Of a DNA stretch of 64,000 nt, positions 30,706 through 40,769 are shown piece after piece (within the stretch, counting starts at the first letter, position 1; each line of letters opens with the position of its first letter). Below the pieces are notes generated by a model. The model did not search any database. It saw only the letters and a list, made by a program, of their open reading frames with translations, and was not told the DNA's origin. The DNA lies in the NCBI GenBank assembly GCA_963707505.1, contig CAVPQB010000002.1, positions 32,001 through 96,000 of the forward strand, read 5' to 3'. The position numbers and the translations under genes are program-made. This DNA comes from an uncultured Gemmatimonadales bacterium. GTDB taxonomy: Bacteria > Gemmatimonadota > Gemmatimonadetes > Gemmatimonadales > Gemmatimonadaceae.

Positions 30706-31431
30706 ATGGAGAAATCAGCGTGTAGCAGTTGGATGACACTGGCGACAGTAATGATTGCATGTGGTCCGCATATCACTCTGCCGTCGGTCCCGATGCGTCT
30801 CGCCGATCAATCGGACTCGGCCGGTGTCGCACTCGCAACCGCACTGGCGCCGGTGCTCCACATACAGCGCGACGAGCCATTTGCGCTCGAGCGCGTGGTC
30901 GCGGTGCTTCATCCGACACGTCCCATCATCGCGTACCATCTGCTCTGGAGCCACGACATCAACGGACAGTGGGTGCCATGGTCCAAGGCGAGCGACGCGG
31001 AGGAAGTCTGGGTCGGTTATGATCGACGCACACGTCTCCCGACAGATCTCTGGACATACTGGCACGGCGACATACTGCACACACCGTGGTCGGCCAAGGG
31101 AATGCCACAAATTTCCGTGCAGTGGGGCAAGCACGGCAGCCTGCCCTACAACGTGATCGAGAGCGACCTGCCACGTTCTCGTACGCTCAATCTGTTCTAT
31201 GCCGCAGAGTTTTTGCTGCTACCCGATATCTGGCTCGGCAAGGCTAGCCATGGCGGTCCGGGGGGATTCTTTCACAGCTACGCCCGATACCGGGAGTTCT
31301 CTCGTATCGTCCCGCTGCAGGGCCGCCTGGATGCCGTAGTTACGACCGACGACCCCAGATCGATTCTACGATTGATCTTCGGGCCCCACCACGCAGACAA
31401 GCAGGCATGGCCGCGTGGGCACCCGCACTAA
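30706..31431 (+). CDS. Hypothetical lipoprotein-like protein
   Basis: 241-aa ORF with coding-like composition and a possible lipobox (VMIAC); rich in Trp and His; no family recognised. Confidence 0.65.
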   Translation: MEKSACSSWMTLATVMIACGPHITLPSVPMRLADQSDSAGVALATALAPVLHIQRDEPFALERVVAVLHPTRPIIAYHLLWSHDINGQWVPWSKASDAEEVWVGYDRRTRLPTDLWTYWHGDILHTPWSAKGMPQISVQWGKHGSLPYNVIESDLPRSRTLNLFYAAEFLLLPDIWLGKASHGGPGGFFHSYARYREFSRIVPLQGRLDAVVTTDDPRSILRLIFGPHHADKQAWPRGHPH

Positions 31432-31495
31432 CAAAGCATAAACAGTTCATAAACAGTCCTAATGTAAGTCGGCCGCTGGCGTCGAATGTGCGGAA

Positions 31496-32983
31496 GTGCA
31501 AACGTCAACGAGCCGTTCTGTGACTACGATACCGACCCCTCGCCTGGCGCTCGCCAGCGCGACCTTACTCGCTTGTGCGATCGGTTGCAGCGACAAATAT
31601 GCCGATCCCAACCTGACGGCGCCGCCTGAGCCGCTCGCCGTCAGGATGATCAACACCAATCCGGGCCTTTCCGACGCCGCTGAAGTCGCCTTCATGCACG
31701 GCACCGCAGATTCGGTGCGCGCGCACTACGCGTCTTCTGACAGCAGCGACGTTGGAGTTACACCCTGGTCCCGTACTGACCAGGGAACACTCTCCCTGAT
31801 CGGTCTACGCGCGGGAACATCCTACAACGTGACGCTGGAAGCACGTCGCGGCGAAACTTCCGTGCTCGGGCCCGGCGCATCTTACACATCGCCTCCATTA
31901 CCGCAGGCACTCGCCGGCGTAAGCATGACGCTGGTGTCTGGCACGTCGCCAACGTCCGGCTACACGCTCACCGCCATCTCCGGCATCGCCGGTCACGGCT
32001 ACCTCATCGCATTTGATGGGGCCGGAAACATCCGTTGGTACCATGACTGTGGCCCGTCGTACGTGCAGGAAGCGAAGCAGCAGACCAACGGCGACATGAC
32101 CGTGTACGTGGGCAATTCGAGGGGAGGCGATCCCGACCCTGGTGCATTCGTCGAGATCACACCAAAAGGCGACTCGGTAAGGAGTATCACCGCAACGGGC
32201 AGTGAGTACACCGACGGTCACGAGCTGATCGTCACAAGCGACGCAAGCGGAGCGCATACCGCGGACTATCTGTATGGATACGACATCCGCGATGTCGATC
32301 AGTCAGCGTATGGCGGAGGCACCGATGACCAGATTGCGGGGCATCAACTCATTCGGATCAGCGCAACCGGCGCGGTCGACACGCTCATGCAGGGATGGGC
32401 ATACTGGACCCCTACCGATAAGGTCGATCCTCCCCTCGACGACCAGTCCATCGACCATCCCAACGCCATCGATTTCGACCTTGACGGCGGTATCATAGCG
32501 TCGTTTCGCAACCTCGGTGCGATCGTAAAGATCGATCCGAACACACACAAGGTCCTCTGGCAACTCGGCGGCGCGCGCAATCAATTCACGTTTATCAACG
32601 ATCCGCTAAACGGGTTCAGCGGGCAACATTCAGTGCGTGTGTTACCGAACGGCCATTTCCTCGTGTTCGACAACGGCGTGTCCAATACACCCGGAGTGTC
32701 GCGGGCCGTCGAATACGCTGTCGATGAATCCGCGAAGACCGCGACCATGGTGTGGCAGTACCTCCCACAACCATCCGTGTTCAATCAGTTCACCGGATCG
32801 GTGCAGCGACTTGCGAGCGGTAATACGGTAGTCGCGTGGACCAACTTCGGCCTTATCGACGAAGTCGCCCCAAGCGGCGCGCTCGTGAATCGTATGCAGC
32901 TCAACTCCGCACCCGGCGTCGCCGCTACCGCAGCGTATCGGGCAATTCGTATCGACAACCTGTATCGATACGTCAAACCATGA
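31496..32983 (+). CDS. Aryl-sulfate sulfotransferase (ASST)-like lipoprotein
   Basis: Lipobox AIGC; DGHEL, HPNAID, SFRN, WQLGG, GQHSVR, FDNG, GSVQRL. Confidence 0.85.
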   Translation: MQTSTSRSVTTIPTPRLALASATLLACAIGCSDKYADPNLTAPPEPLAVRMINTNPGLSDAAEVAFMHGTADSVRAHYASSDSSDVGVTPWSRTDQGTLSLIGLRAGTSYNVTLEARRGETSVLGPGASYTSPPLPQALAGVSMTLVSGTSPTSGYTLTAISGIAGHGYLIAFDGAGNIRWYHDCGPSYVQEAKQQTNGDMTVYVGNSRGGDPDPGAFVEITPKGDSVRSITATGSEYTDGHELIVTSDASGAHTADYLYGYDIRDVDQSAYGGGTDDQIAGHQLIRISATGAVDTLMQGWAYWTPTDKVDPPLDDQSIDHPNAIDFDLDGGIIASFRNLGAIVKIDPNTHKVLWQLGGARNQFTFINDPLNGFSGQHSVRVLPNGHFLVFDNGVSNTPGVSRAVEYAVDESAKTATMVWQYLPQPSVFNQFTGSVQRLASGNTVVAWTNFGLIDEVAPSGALVNRMQLNSAPGVAATAAYRAIRIDNLYRYVKP

Positions 32984-32998
32984 TTGCCATGCTACCGG

Positions 32999-34075
32999 TC
33001 AACGAGGCGCCGGTTGTCCACCGGGATTCCAGTGCGGCACCGGGCCATCCGCCAGGATTCGCACCGCCTTCACACCAGCCATAATGACGCGCGTCATGTG
33101 ATCGAAATCGATACGTGACAGCTCATCGGACGGCTTGTGGTAGTCCGTGTGCATGTTGTAGCTGGACAGCGTGTGTGCCGGAATGCCCATCTGCGCATAT
33201 GCGATGTTGTCACTTCGCTCGAAGAAGTGCTGGTCCGGTCTCTTGTCGGCAACAATTGGCAGGCTCGCTGCCGTGAACGTGGCGCCCATCGTCGAGCGGT
33301 CGTAACCCGTCAGCCATGCGTGTCCCACTCCACCTGACAACGAGTCCGGACGACCAATCATCTCGATCTCGAGATTCGACACGATCGCCTTGAGCGCAAC
33401 CGGCGGATGCTGGATGAACCAGCGAGTACCTAACAGGCCAACTTCCTCGCCTGTCGTTGCAACGAAGAGAATGCTCCGGTGTGGCGCACGGCCCGCCGCG
33501 ATCGATCTGGCGATCTCGAGGACCGCAGTCGTGCCGGAAGCATCGTCATCGGCGCCGTTGTAGATCGAATCGCCGTCAACGGGCTTGCCAATGCCGAGGT
33601 GGTCGTAGTGAGCGTCGACGAGCACGACTTCCTGGGAGAGTGCCGGATCACTTCCGCGGATCATCCCTACCACGTTGACTCCAAGCTTGCGATGGTCGGC
33701 GGGAAAGGTGTCCAGTGCCGCGAAACTGGCCGCCAGCGTCAGCCGCTCCTGCCCGTTGGCCCGGCGCGTGATGGCGATCGGAACGCGCTGGAAATAGCCA
33801 CTATCACCCTGTGGAACCAACCCGATCGACCTCATTTGCCCAGCGATGAATGCCGCGGCCTTCGCGGAGCCCGGCGAGGCGGTCATGCGCCCTTCCATGG
33901 AGTCGTCAGCCAGCGCCGACATGACCGCCCGCACCTGCGATCCGGCCACCATATCCTGATCCTGCGCCGCTGACGTCGCTGATTGTCTTGAAACGCCAGT
34001 GGATGCACACGCAATGGCCCCGAAAATGGCCATCACGCCGGTCGTACCCAGGCATCGTTTTATCATTCTATTCAT
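32999..34075 (-). CDS. M28 family peptidase
   Basis: AHYDHLG, NGADDDASG, GEEVGLLG, RSDN, DYHKPSD. Confidence 0.93.
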   Translation of the reverse strand: MNRMIKRCLGTTGVMAIFGAIACASTGVSRQSATSAAQDQDMVAGSQVRAVMSALADDSMEGRMTASPGSAKAAAFIAGQMRSIGLVPQGDSGYFQRVPIAITRRANGQERLTLAASFAALDTFPADHRKLGVNVVGMIRGSDPALSQEVVLVDAHYDHLGIGKPVDGDSIYNGADDDASGTTAVLEIARSIAAGRAPHRSILFVATTGEEVGLLGTRWFIQHPPVALKAIVSNLEIEMIGRPDSLSGGVGHAWLTGYDRSTMGATFTAASLPIVADKRPDQHFFERSDNIAYAQMGIPAHTLSSYNMHTDYHKPSDELSRIDFDHMTRVIMAGVKAVRILADGPVPHWNPGGQPAPR

Positions 34076-34165
34076 CTACTGATGTCTCACTCGAATGAAA
34101 TTCCGCTGTAACAGGAACAGATCCAGTCACAAACGCGGTGGAATTGTCGTGCATATTGGTCATCA

Positions 34166-34877
34166 ATGCAACGTGCTACAGTTAAGGCGAGCGCCAAGCT
34201 CGGACTTCTTGTCGTCATACTGGCAGCGACTTTCATCGTCGCGCGCCATCTTGGGCTGTCGCACGGGGGGATGATCAAATTCGCCCAGCGTGCGCGGGCG
34301 CTGCGCGATGCCCCGTACGCTGTGCCGCTCTTCCTTCTCGTTTATGCAGTCGCCGGCACACTGGGCGTGCCCGGCTCAGTCCTTACGCTTACGGGCGGAG
34401 CAGTGTTCGGCTTCGAGCTGGGCACGCTCCTCAACTGGATCGGGGCCTCGATCGCCGCGATCGGTGGCTACTGGCTCGCGAGGTTGCTCGGCAAGGATGC
34501 CGTCGAGCGACTCGGCGGGAGAAAGATCTACGCCCTCGAAAAGCTGGCCGATGCTCACGCTTTTTCTACGGTCCTCCGGCTGCGGCTGATACCCGTGCTG
34601 CCGTTCAACGCCCTGAATTTCGCCTGCGGCCTCGTCGGGCTCGATTTCGCGTCGTATGTCGCTGGCACAATGATCGGGGACTTGCCGGTGACAGCCGCCT
34701 ACACCTACTTCGCCGACGCCTTGCTGTCCGGCGTGGCCGGCGCCCGGCGCACTGCATTGTTCCACGCGTCAATCGCCGGTGCACTTCTGATCGCTCCTCT
34801 CCTTCGTCCCCGGGCTGATCAAACGGGCGAGGGAACGCCGGGCGAAAGAAATCCGCGAGAAAGAAAGTCAAGCTTGA
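34166..34877 (+). CDS. TVP38/TMEM64 (DedA/VTT) membrane protein; probable +1 frameshift at about 34796
   Basis: PGSVLTLTGGAVFG, LRLIPVLPFNALN. A more natural C-terminus (LSFVPGLIKRARERRAKE...QA*) lies in the shifted frame. Confidence 0.87.
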
Positions 34878-34920
34878 CACGCAGTTGAGTGAGATATAGT
34901 GTATTAGGCAACTGGTACAC
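34874..34920 (+). promoter_or_regulatory. Sigma-70 promoter with overlapping YtrA-type operator
   Basis: TTGACA-N17-TAGTGT overlapped by the palindrome GTGTATTAG-GCAA-CTGGTACAC (34899-34920), directly upstream of a GntR/YtrA gene. Confidence 0.75.
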
Positions 34921-34935
34921 CATAACACCCTTGTT

Positions 34936-35322
34936 ATGCTAATCTCGCTGGATCCACAAGACACCAGGCCCATCTACATCCAGATCGTGGATGAGGTACG
35001 ACGTGCGCTCGTTCTCGGCACGCTGGCGCCGGACGGCCCTCTCCCATCGGTCAGGGATCTCGCTGTCAAGCTGCGAGTCAATCCGAACACCGTGAGCCAG
35101 GCTTATCGTGAGCTCGAGCGGCAGGGGATGGTTTACGTGCGCCGAGGACAGGGGACGTATGCGTCACCAGGTCAGACGGATGGAGCGGAGCGTCGCGCAC
35201 TGGCTCGAGGGGTTGCGCAGCGAGCCCTGCATGACGCAAGACGCAACGGGCTTGGAGTGGATGAGCTCGTCGACGCAATCCGAAGCTACGAAGGCCAACG
35301 CAAGCACGAGGAACCACTATGA
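34936..35322 (+). CDS. GntR family (YtrA subfamily) regulator
   Basis: PIYIQIVD, LPSVRDLA, VNPNTVSQAYRELE, RRGQGT; short C-terminal domain. Confidence 0.94.
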   Translation: MLISLDPQDTRPIYIQIVDEVRRALVLGTLAPDGPLPSVRDLAVKLRVNPNTVSQAYRELERQGMVYVRRGQGTYASPGQTDGAERRALARGVAQRALHDARRNGLGVDELVDAIRSYEGQRKHEEPL

Positions 35323-36242
35323 CGAGCTCCCTACCAACGCGACTCCGCGACGGCGAGCTCGCCGTCGATACGCGAGGACTCACCAAGCGATTCGGTGATC
35401 AGGTCGCACTGAACGACGTGACGCTGCAGGTTCCGACAGGTGCTGTCTATCTGCTAGTTGGACCGAATGGCGCGGGCAAGAGCACGACGCTCAAGGTGCT
35501 GCTCGATCTGGTGCGCGCCGAGCAGGGAGCCGCCGAGGTGTTCGGACTGGACACGCGGGAACGTGCGCCGGAAGTACGCGCGAACGTCGGCTACGTGCCG
35601 GAGCGTCCCGATTGGGGATATGGATGGATGCGCGTCGGTCGTCTGCTGGGGCATCATGCGCTGTACTATCCAACATGGGACGCGAGCTACGCCGCAAGGC
35701 TCGCGCAGAAGTTCGAGCTGCGCCTGGACCGGAAGATGGGAGTGTTGTCCAAGGGACAGGCACGTCGCGTTCATCTCACCATGGCGCTCGCGCATCGTCC
35801 GCCGCTTCTACTGCTCGATGAGCCGACCGACGGTCTCGATCCATTCATGCGCGACGAGACGCTCGGCGTAATCGCCGACCATCTTGCGGAATCTCCAACG
35901 ACGGTCGTGCTCTCGACGCATCACGTGGAAGAAGTCGAGGGGTTGGCGGATCACATCGGTGTGCTGCGCAACGGCGAGCTACGCGCGCAGATGTCGCGCG
36001 ATGATCTCAACGCCAACCTGCGCCGATACCGTGTGGAAGTGCCCGATGGATGGAGTGGCGTCGCGTCGCTCAATGGTACCGTGCTTCGTCGCGTCACAGC
36101 GCCGCGCGAGGTCCAGTGGACTGTGTGGGGACAGGAAGCCGAGATAGTTCAGAAACTGTCCGGCTCGGGAGGAACAGTACGCGAAGTCGTGCCGCTTTCA
36201 CTGATCGACGCAACGCTCGCTCTTCTCAACCCGAACGACTGA
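35319..36242 (+). CDS. ABC transporter ATP-binding protein (YtrB-like)
   Basis: GPNGAGKST, LSKGQ, LLLDEPTDGLD, STH. Confidence 0.93.
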   Translation: MTSSLPTRLRDGELAVDTRGLTKRFGDQVALNDVTLQVPTGAVYLLVGPNGAGKSTTLKVLLDLVRAEQGAAEVFGLDTRERAPEVRANVGYVPERPDWGYGWMRVGRLLGHHALYYPTWDASYAARLAQKFELRLDRKMGVLSKGQARRVHLTMALAHRPPLLLLDEPTDGLDPFMRDETLGVIADHLAESPTTVVLSTHHVEEVEGLADHIGVLRNGELRAQMSRDDLNANLRRYRVEVPDGWSGVASLNGTVLRRVTAPREVQWTVWGQEAEIVQKLSGSGGTVREVVPLSLIDATLALLNPND

Positions 36243-36248
36243 CATACG

Positions 36249-37070
36249 ATGACATCCACATCATTGCATCCAACGCCATCGTCGCGGACCGTGGCGACCG
36301 AGCAGTTCCGCGCCGTGGGATTGGCTCTGCGGACGGAGATGATCTTCTTCATCTGTGTGCTGATCCTTTTATCCGTGTTGATAATCGGCAACACGATCCA
36401 CGGAGTACAGGCTCATCCGGCCGGACACTGGCATACGGGCTTCACTTATGGCGCGCCGGTCGCGGTTCCGATATTCCTGATCGCGTTGCTCATTCCATTC
36501 GGTGTCTGGCGGGCTGAAGATCCATCACGGCGTGCATACCACTGGTCAATGCCGGTGGCGAGAGGGCCACACACCATCGCAAAAGTATTTGCGGGCTGGG
36601 CGTGGATGATGATTGCGGCAGCAGTCTATCTCGCGTTCGTGATCGCACTGGCGATGATAGTGCCGAAGATTACGGGAGAGGCAGTCCGTCTGGGTGACAC
36701 GGCTGGATGGGAGTGGGTCGTTGCATTCACTGCACCGACACTTGGATATCTACTCACATCGATCGCTGTAATCGGCAGCGATCACGCGTGGCGCTGGATC
36801 GGTGGCCTGTATGTCGGCTACTGGGTGCTCATTGGCTGCCTATCCGCATTCGGGATGCAGGACGCCGGTCACGCGGTACGGACGATCACTGACGGAGCCT
36901 ACGGGCTGAACGCCGCAATGATCGGCGCCGCGCGTGACGCGGCTAGTGCGTCATCGGGACGCATGGTAGTTCGCGGGTTGAGCATGAGCAACTGGTTGAT
37001 CGCGATGCCGCTATGGATCGTCGCCTCGGCGATAGGAGTCACGATAGCATCATATCGCCATCGCGAGTAA
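36249..37070 (+). CDS. ABC-2-type membrane permease
   Basis: About six TM helices with an SMPV loop; operonic with the ATPase. Confidence 0.75.
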   Translation: MTSTSLHPTPSSRTVATEQFRAVGLALRTEMIFFICVLILLSVLIIGNTIHGVQAHPAGHWHTGFTYGAPVAVPIFLIALLIPFGVWRAEDPSRRAYHWSMPVARGPHTIAKVFAGWAWMMIAAAVYLAFVIALAMIVPKITGEAVRLGDTAGWEWVVAFTAPTLGYLLTSIAVIGSDHAWRWIGGLYVGYWVLIGCLSAFGMQDAGHAVRTITDGAYGLNAAMIGAARDAASASSGRMVVRGLSMSNWLIAMPLWIVASAIGVTIASYRHRE

Positions 37071-37081
37071 TCGCGACGTGG

Positions 37082-37474
37082 CTATACAACCAGTTCGGCG
37101 AACAACGCGTCCAGCTCGGCATTGACGTCGGCGGTGACGCCCTCGTGCACGGGACCACTCTGAATCACGTCAGAGCGCGGAGCGGTCAGCCAGTGGAATC
37201 GCTCGGATGGAGACCCGAAGGCGAGTGTCCCGCCTTCGCCCTCGGAATTGCACACTGCTCTGTACGTCATCAGGTAGCGCATCAACAACTCGACGTCCAC
37301 GTGCGGCGCGCGCGCAGACAGCGCCGCACGCTCAACCAGTACACGCATTCCGACGAACTCAACGGTTGGCGCGTGCAAGATGACGCCGACCGGTACCGAC
37401 GACCCGATGTGAACGTGCGGCACGACACGGAGCACGGCGAAGTTGTACGGGATGGTGCGCGCAGGGGTCGTCAT
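37082..37474 (-). CDS. DUF3037 domain protein
   Basis: YNFAVLRVVP, ERFHWLTAPRSDVIQSGPVHEG. Confidence 0.9.
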   Translation of the reverse strand: MTTPARTIPYNFAVLRVVPHVHIGSSVPVGVILHAPTVEFVGMRVLVERAALSARAPHVDVELLMRYLMTYRAVCNSEGEGGTLAFGSPSERFHWLTAPRSDVIQSGPVHEGVTADVNAELDALFAELVV

Positions 37475-37481
37475 CTGCCCA

Positions 37482-38324
37482 TCACCTGCGCGCGGTGCGT
37501 TGACGCGGCACGTCGGTGAGCCGCTCGGCTCGCATTCTGCTGGCGGTCTCCGCAAACGCGCGCGGTGCGGCGAGACGCGTCGTGAGATATTCGACGTAAC
37601 GTGCGCGCGCCGCAGCAGTGGTATCTCCGTCAGCCCTGTACGCCTCGTCTTCCAGCAAACCGTCAGGAATGCGAGCGATGATGTCTCTCAATACATCTCC
37701 GCCGAGCATCGCCGCCATCTCAGCATCCACGGCGCTCACGTCGGCCGCGTGCGTCAGCAGCACGTGGTCACGAATCAAAGGGAATGGCGATTGCATGCGC
37801 GCCGTGTTCACGGATTGCCAATCATGATGGGCATAGAGCGCAGCACCATGGTCGATGAGCCACGGACTGCGCTCCCAGATCATGAGATTGGTGTTGCGTG
37901 CGGTACGATCGGGGTTCGTCAGAAACGCATCGAGCCAAACGATCCGCGTGGCAAGAGGAACGGGTATGAGCTCGCCCGCTGCGGTCGCGTCGAAGTTGAA
38001 CGCACCGTCGAGATAACGAAGGCCGACGTTGATGCCGTGACTCTTCCGCAGTACCTCGCCGATCTCCGGATCTGGCTCGCTGCGCCCAAATGTCTCCGAG
38101 ACGTGCACGAGTGCGAGCGATGGCACGGGAAGACCGAGTGCGTCGGCCAACATCCCACCGATGAGCTCGGCGACAAGAGCCTTCGCACCCTGCCCAGCCC
38201 CGCGGAACTTGACGACAAACATGCCGTCGTCCGTGTCCACTACGGCCGGAAGCGAGCCACCCTCACGTAGTGGCTGGACGTATCTCTGCGCAGCGAGAGT
38301 GGGTAATGAATTCGGGCTCGGCAT
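37482..38324 (-). CDS. HipA-like kinase (DUF3037-associated family)
   Basis: RYVQPLREGGSLP, VKFRGAGQG, NPDRTARNTN, WLIDHGA. Confidence 0.9.
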   Translation of the reverse strand: MPSPNSLPTLAAQRYVQPLREGGSLPAVVDTDDGMFVVKFRGAGQGAKALVAELIGGMLADALGLPVPSLALVHVSETFGRSEPDPEIGEVLRKSHGINVGLRYLDGAFNFDATAAGELIPVPLATRIVWLDAFLTNPDRTARNTNLMIWERSPWLIDHGAALYAHHDWQSVNTARMQSPFPLIRDHVLLTHAADVSAVDAEMAAMLGGDVLRDIIARIPDGLLEDEAYRADGDTTAAARARYVEYLTTRLAAPRAFAETASRMRAERLTDVPRQRTARR

Positions 38325-38384
38325 TGAGGAGAATATAGCGCGCCGGGTGGTTCCGGCGCTCATATTCTCACCGGTATTGCATCG

Positions 38385-39468
38385 CTATGCGGCCACTTCG
38401 CTCGAACGGTGAGCGGCGGCGGACACACCAGCCGTCATCACCTGCGCAGAGAACCGTTCCATCTCTTCGAGCTGCGGGCTGCACTGCAGCAGTAGAAGAT
38501 CGACTCCAGCATCGGCGAATCTTCCACGCGCGTCGCGACCTGCTCGGGAGTTCCAGTCAGCCCCGCGCGAAGACCGCGATTCGACACCGAGTAATCCTCG
38601 AGGCTGACGCGCTGCTCGAGCTTCGTGTTTGCGATCCAGTCTGATAGTTCCCATAGCCGGGTGAGCCTGGTGCTACCTTCGTGATGCGCGCGATCTCCTC
38701 GCGTACTTCCGCTTCCTGTCGCGCACGATCGCATACGCGGCAACGCCGAATTGCAGCGGCGGCAGCTCGATACCGAGCGCTTCGCTCGCCTGTTCGCGCC
38801 GGCGACGCATGTCCGCGATCTTCGGCGCGATGCGCTCCGGCGGATCGCCGTGCATGACGTACGCGTCGCACTGGCGCGCGATCAGCGCTTCGCCGCCTCC
38901 GACTCGCCGCCGGCGTAGATCGTCGGACGCGGACGCTCCGCACGCGAAACGGGCTTCGGCTCGAGAACCAGATCGTCGATCGTGTAGTACTTCCCGCTAT
39001 AGTCGAGCTTCGCCTCGCGCCACGCGCGCTCACGACGTCGAGCCACTCGCTCGTGCGCGCGTAGCGATCGTCGTGCTCGTCGAATGCGACGCCGTAGCGA
39101 CGCGCTTCGTCCTTCCACCAGGCCGACACGACGTTGAGCGCGAGGCGACCGTTCGAGATGCGATCGATGTTCGCCGCCTGCTTCGCGAGAATCGCCGGCG
39201 GATGAAACGACGGACGCACGGCGACCATCAGCTCGAGCGTTCGCGTCACCGCCGCGAGTGCCGCCGCGGTCGACCACGCGTCGAGCGACGGCGCCTCGAT
39301 TCCCTTGATGTCGTTGAGCAGTAGCTCGGCGACGAGCGTGATGTCGTAGCCGATCTCTTCGCTGCGCTGCGCGAGCCGCTTGACGTAGTCCCACGACGCC
39401 TCCATGTCCTCGTCCTCGACGTTGCGCAGCCAGCCGCCGAACACCGGAAGCCAGTAGCCGTATCGCAT
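38385..39468 (-). CDS. LLM-class flavin-dependent monooxygenase (SfnG/SsuD-like); multiple frameshifts
   Basis: MRYGYWLPVFGGWLRNV...DAWSTAAALAA...AKQAANIDRISNGR, then PKP...PTIYAGGESEAAK, MHGDPPE, NRGLRAGLTGTPEQV and LLQCSPQLEEMERF in successive different frames. Confidence 0.85.
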
Positions 39469-40458
39469 CACGCCACCTCTTCCGCAACGACGCCAGCGCG
39501 CTCGGCCAGATAGTCGACAAGCCGCACGAACGGATCGAAGCCGATCACGTTCTGCGCGTCGGCGACGAAGTTCGAGAGCGCGTTGATGTCGTAGAAGTAG
39601 TGCTTGCCATCGCGATCGTCGACGAGATACTCGATGCCGCCGACGTCCAGATGCGCCGCGCGCGAGATCTCCTCGACCTGTGCGATGATCTCGCGGCGGC
39701 GTCGCCGCTTCGACACGCAGGCCGGTCTTCGGCGCATCGACCGCGCACGCGCCGCGCACGAGCTCGACGCCGTCCGTCGTCTGGCACGCGTCGGCCGGGC
39801 AGAGATCGAACGAGCCCGCCGCCGGATACACGTTGATCGCGTACAGGTATTTGCCGCCGAGCGTCTCGACGCGCGTGATGTGACCGTCGCGGAGCGGTGC
39901 CGCCTCCTGCACGAGCGCGGTGCCATCGATGCCCAGAACGACGTTCCCACTCGCGACTTCTCGCGCAGCGCTTCGGATGTCTCGTACCTCACGATGCCCG
40001 CGCCGCTACCGCCGATGTTCGCCTTCACGAGCACCGGATAGCGCAGGCCCTCGGCAGCGCGAACAGCCTGCGCTGGATTGTTGATCACGCGCGACCGCGG
40101 GTACGGCAGGCCGAGCGCCTCGAGCAGGTCGAGCTGCGACGCCTTTGACAGCTCGTAAGCGTAGCACTCGACTGCCGTTCACGACCGGAATGCCGAGCCG
40201 CTCGAGATGGCGCAGCCAGTGCAGCGTGTAGAACGTGGACTGCGCGTGGCCGCGCAGGTACGCCGACGGGCTCGCGCGATTGACGACGAGCGAATACGGT
40301 GCTGCCCGCTCGGACGGATCGAACGTGTGCGCGGCGGCGTCGAGTCGGACGTACGGAATGCCGCGTCGATCCAGCTCGGCGAAGAGCGGCCGGAACCAGT
40401 CCGGATGCTCGTGGTAGATCGCGATCGGTTTTGCTGCGAATGAATCGATGCTTGGCAT
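39468..40458 (-). CDS. RimK-like ATP-grasp protein; multiple frameshifts
   Basis: IAIYHEHPDWFRPLF...NRASPSAYLRGH; YPVLVKANIGGSGAGI; LDVGGIEYL...YDINALSNFVAD, spread over several frames. Confidence 0.82.
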
Positions 40459-40644
40459 GGCGGTTGTTCCGTGAGGCCGCCAACACGATTCGGTGCACCG
40501 CCAGTGAGAGTCTCTCCAAGCACTCACCGCTGGCAACGACAAAGCCCGGGCTACGTGTTGTCGCCCGGGCTATCTCGCGTTTTAGCTCATTTTTTTACGT
40601 GGCGGCAATTGGCGGCAAATCACCACGAAATCAGTTGTACTCTG

Positions 40645-40673
40645 ATCGTAATCGGAACGCCGAGGCATGTCAA
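40645..40673 (-). promoter_or_regulatory. Sigma-70 promoter of the ATP-grasp/LLM operon
   Basis: Minus strand TTGACA-N17-TACGAT, about 185 nt upstream of the ATP-grasp start. Confidence 0.7.
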
Positions 40674-40769
40674 CACGACCGAGTTTGCATGTCGCCGAAA
40701 TTGCGTAACGGGTCGATGAGCGGACTTTACACGAGCACGAATGGTAGAGGGACTTAAAATCCCTCGTGG

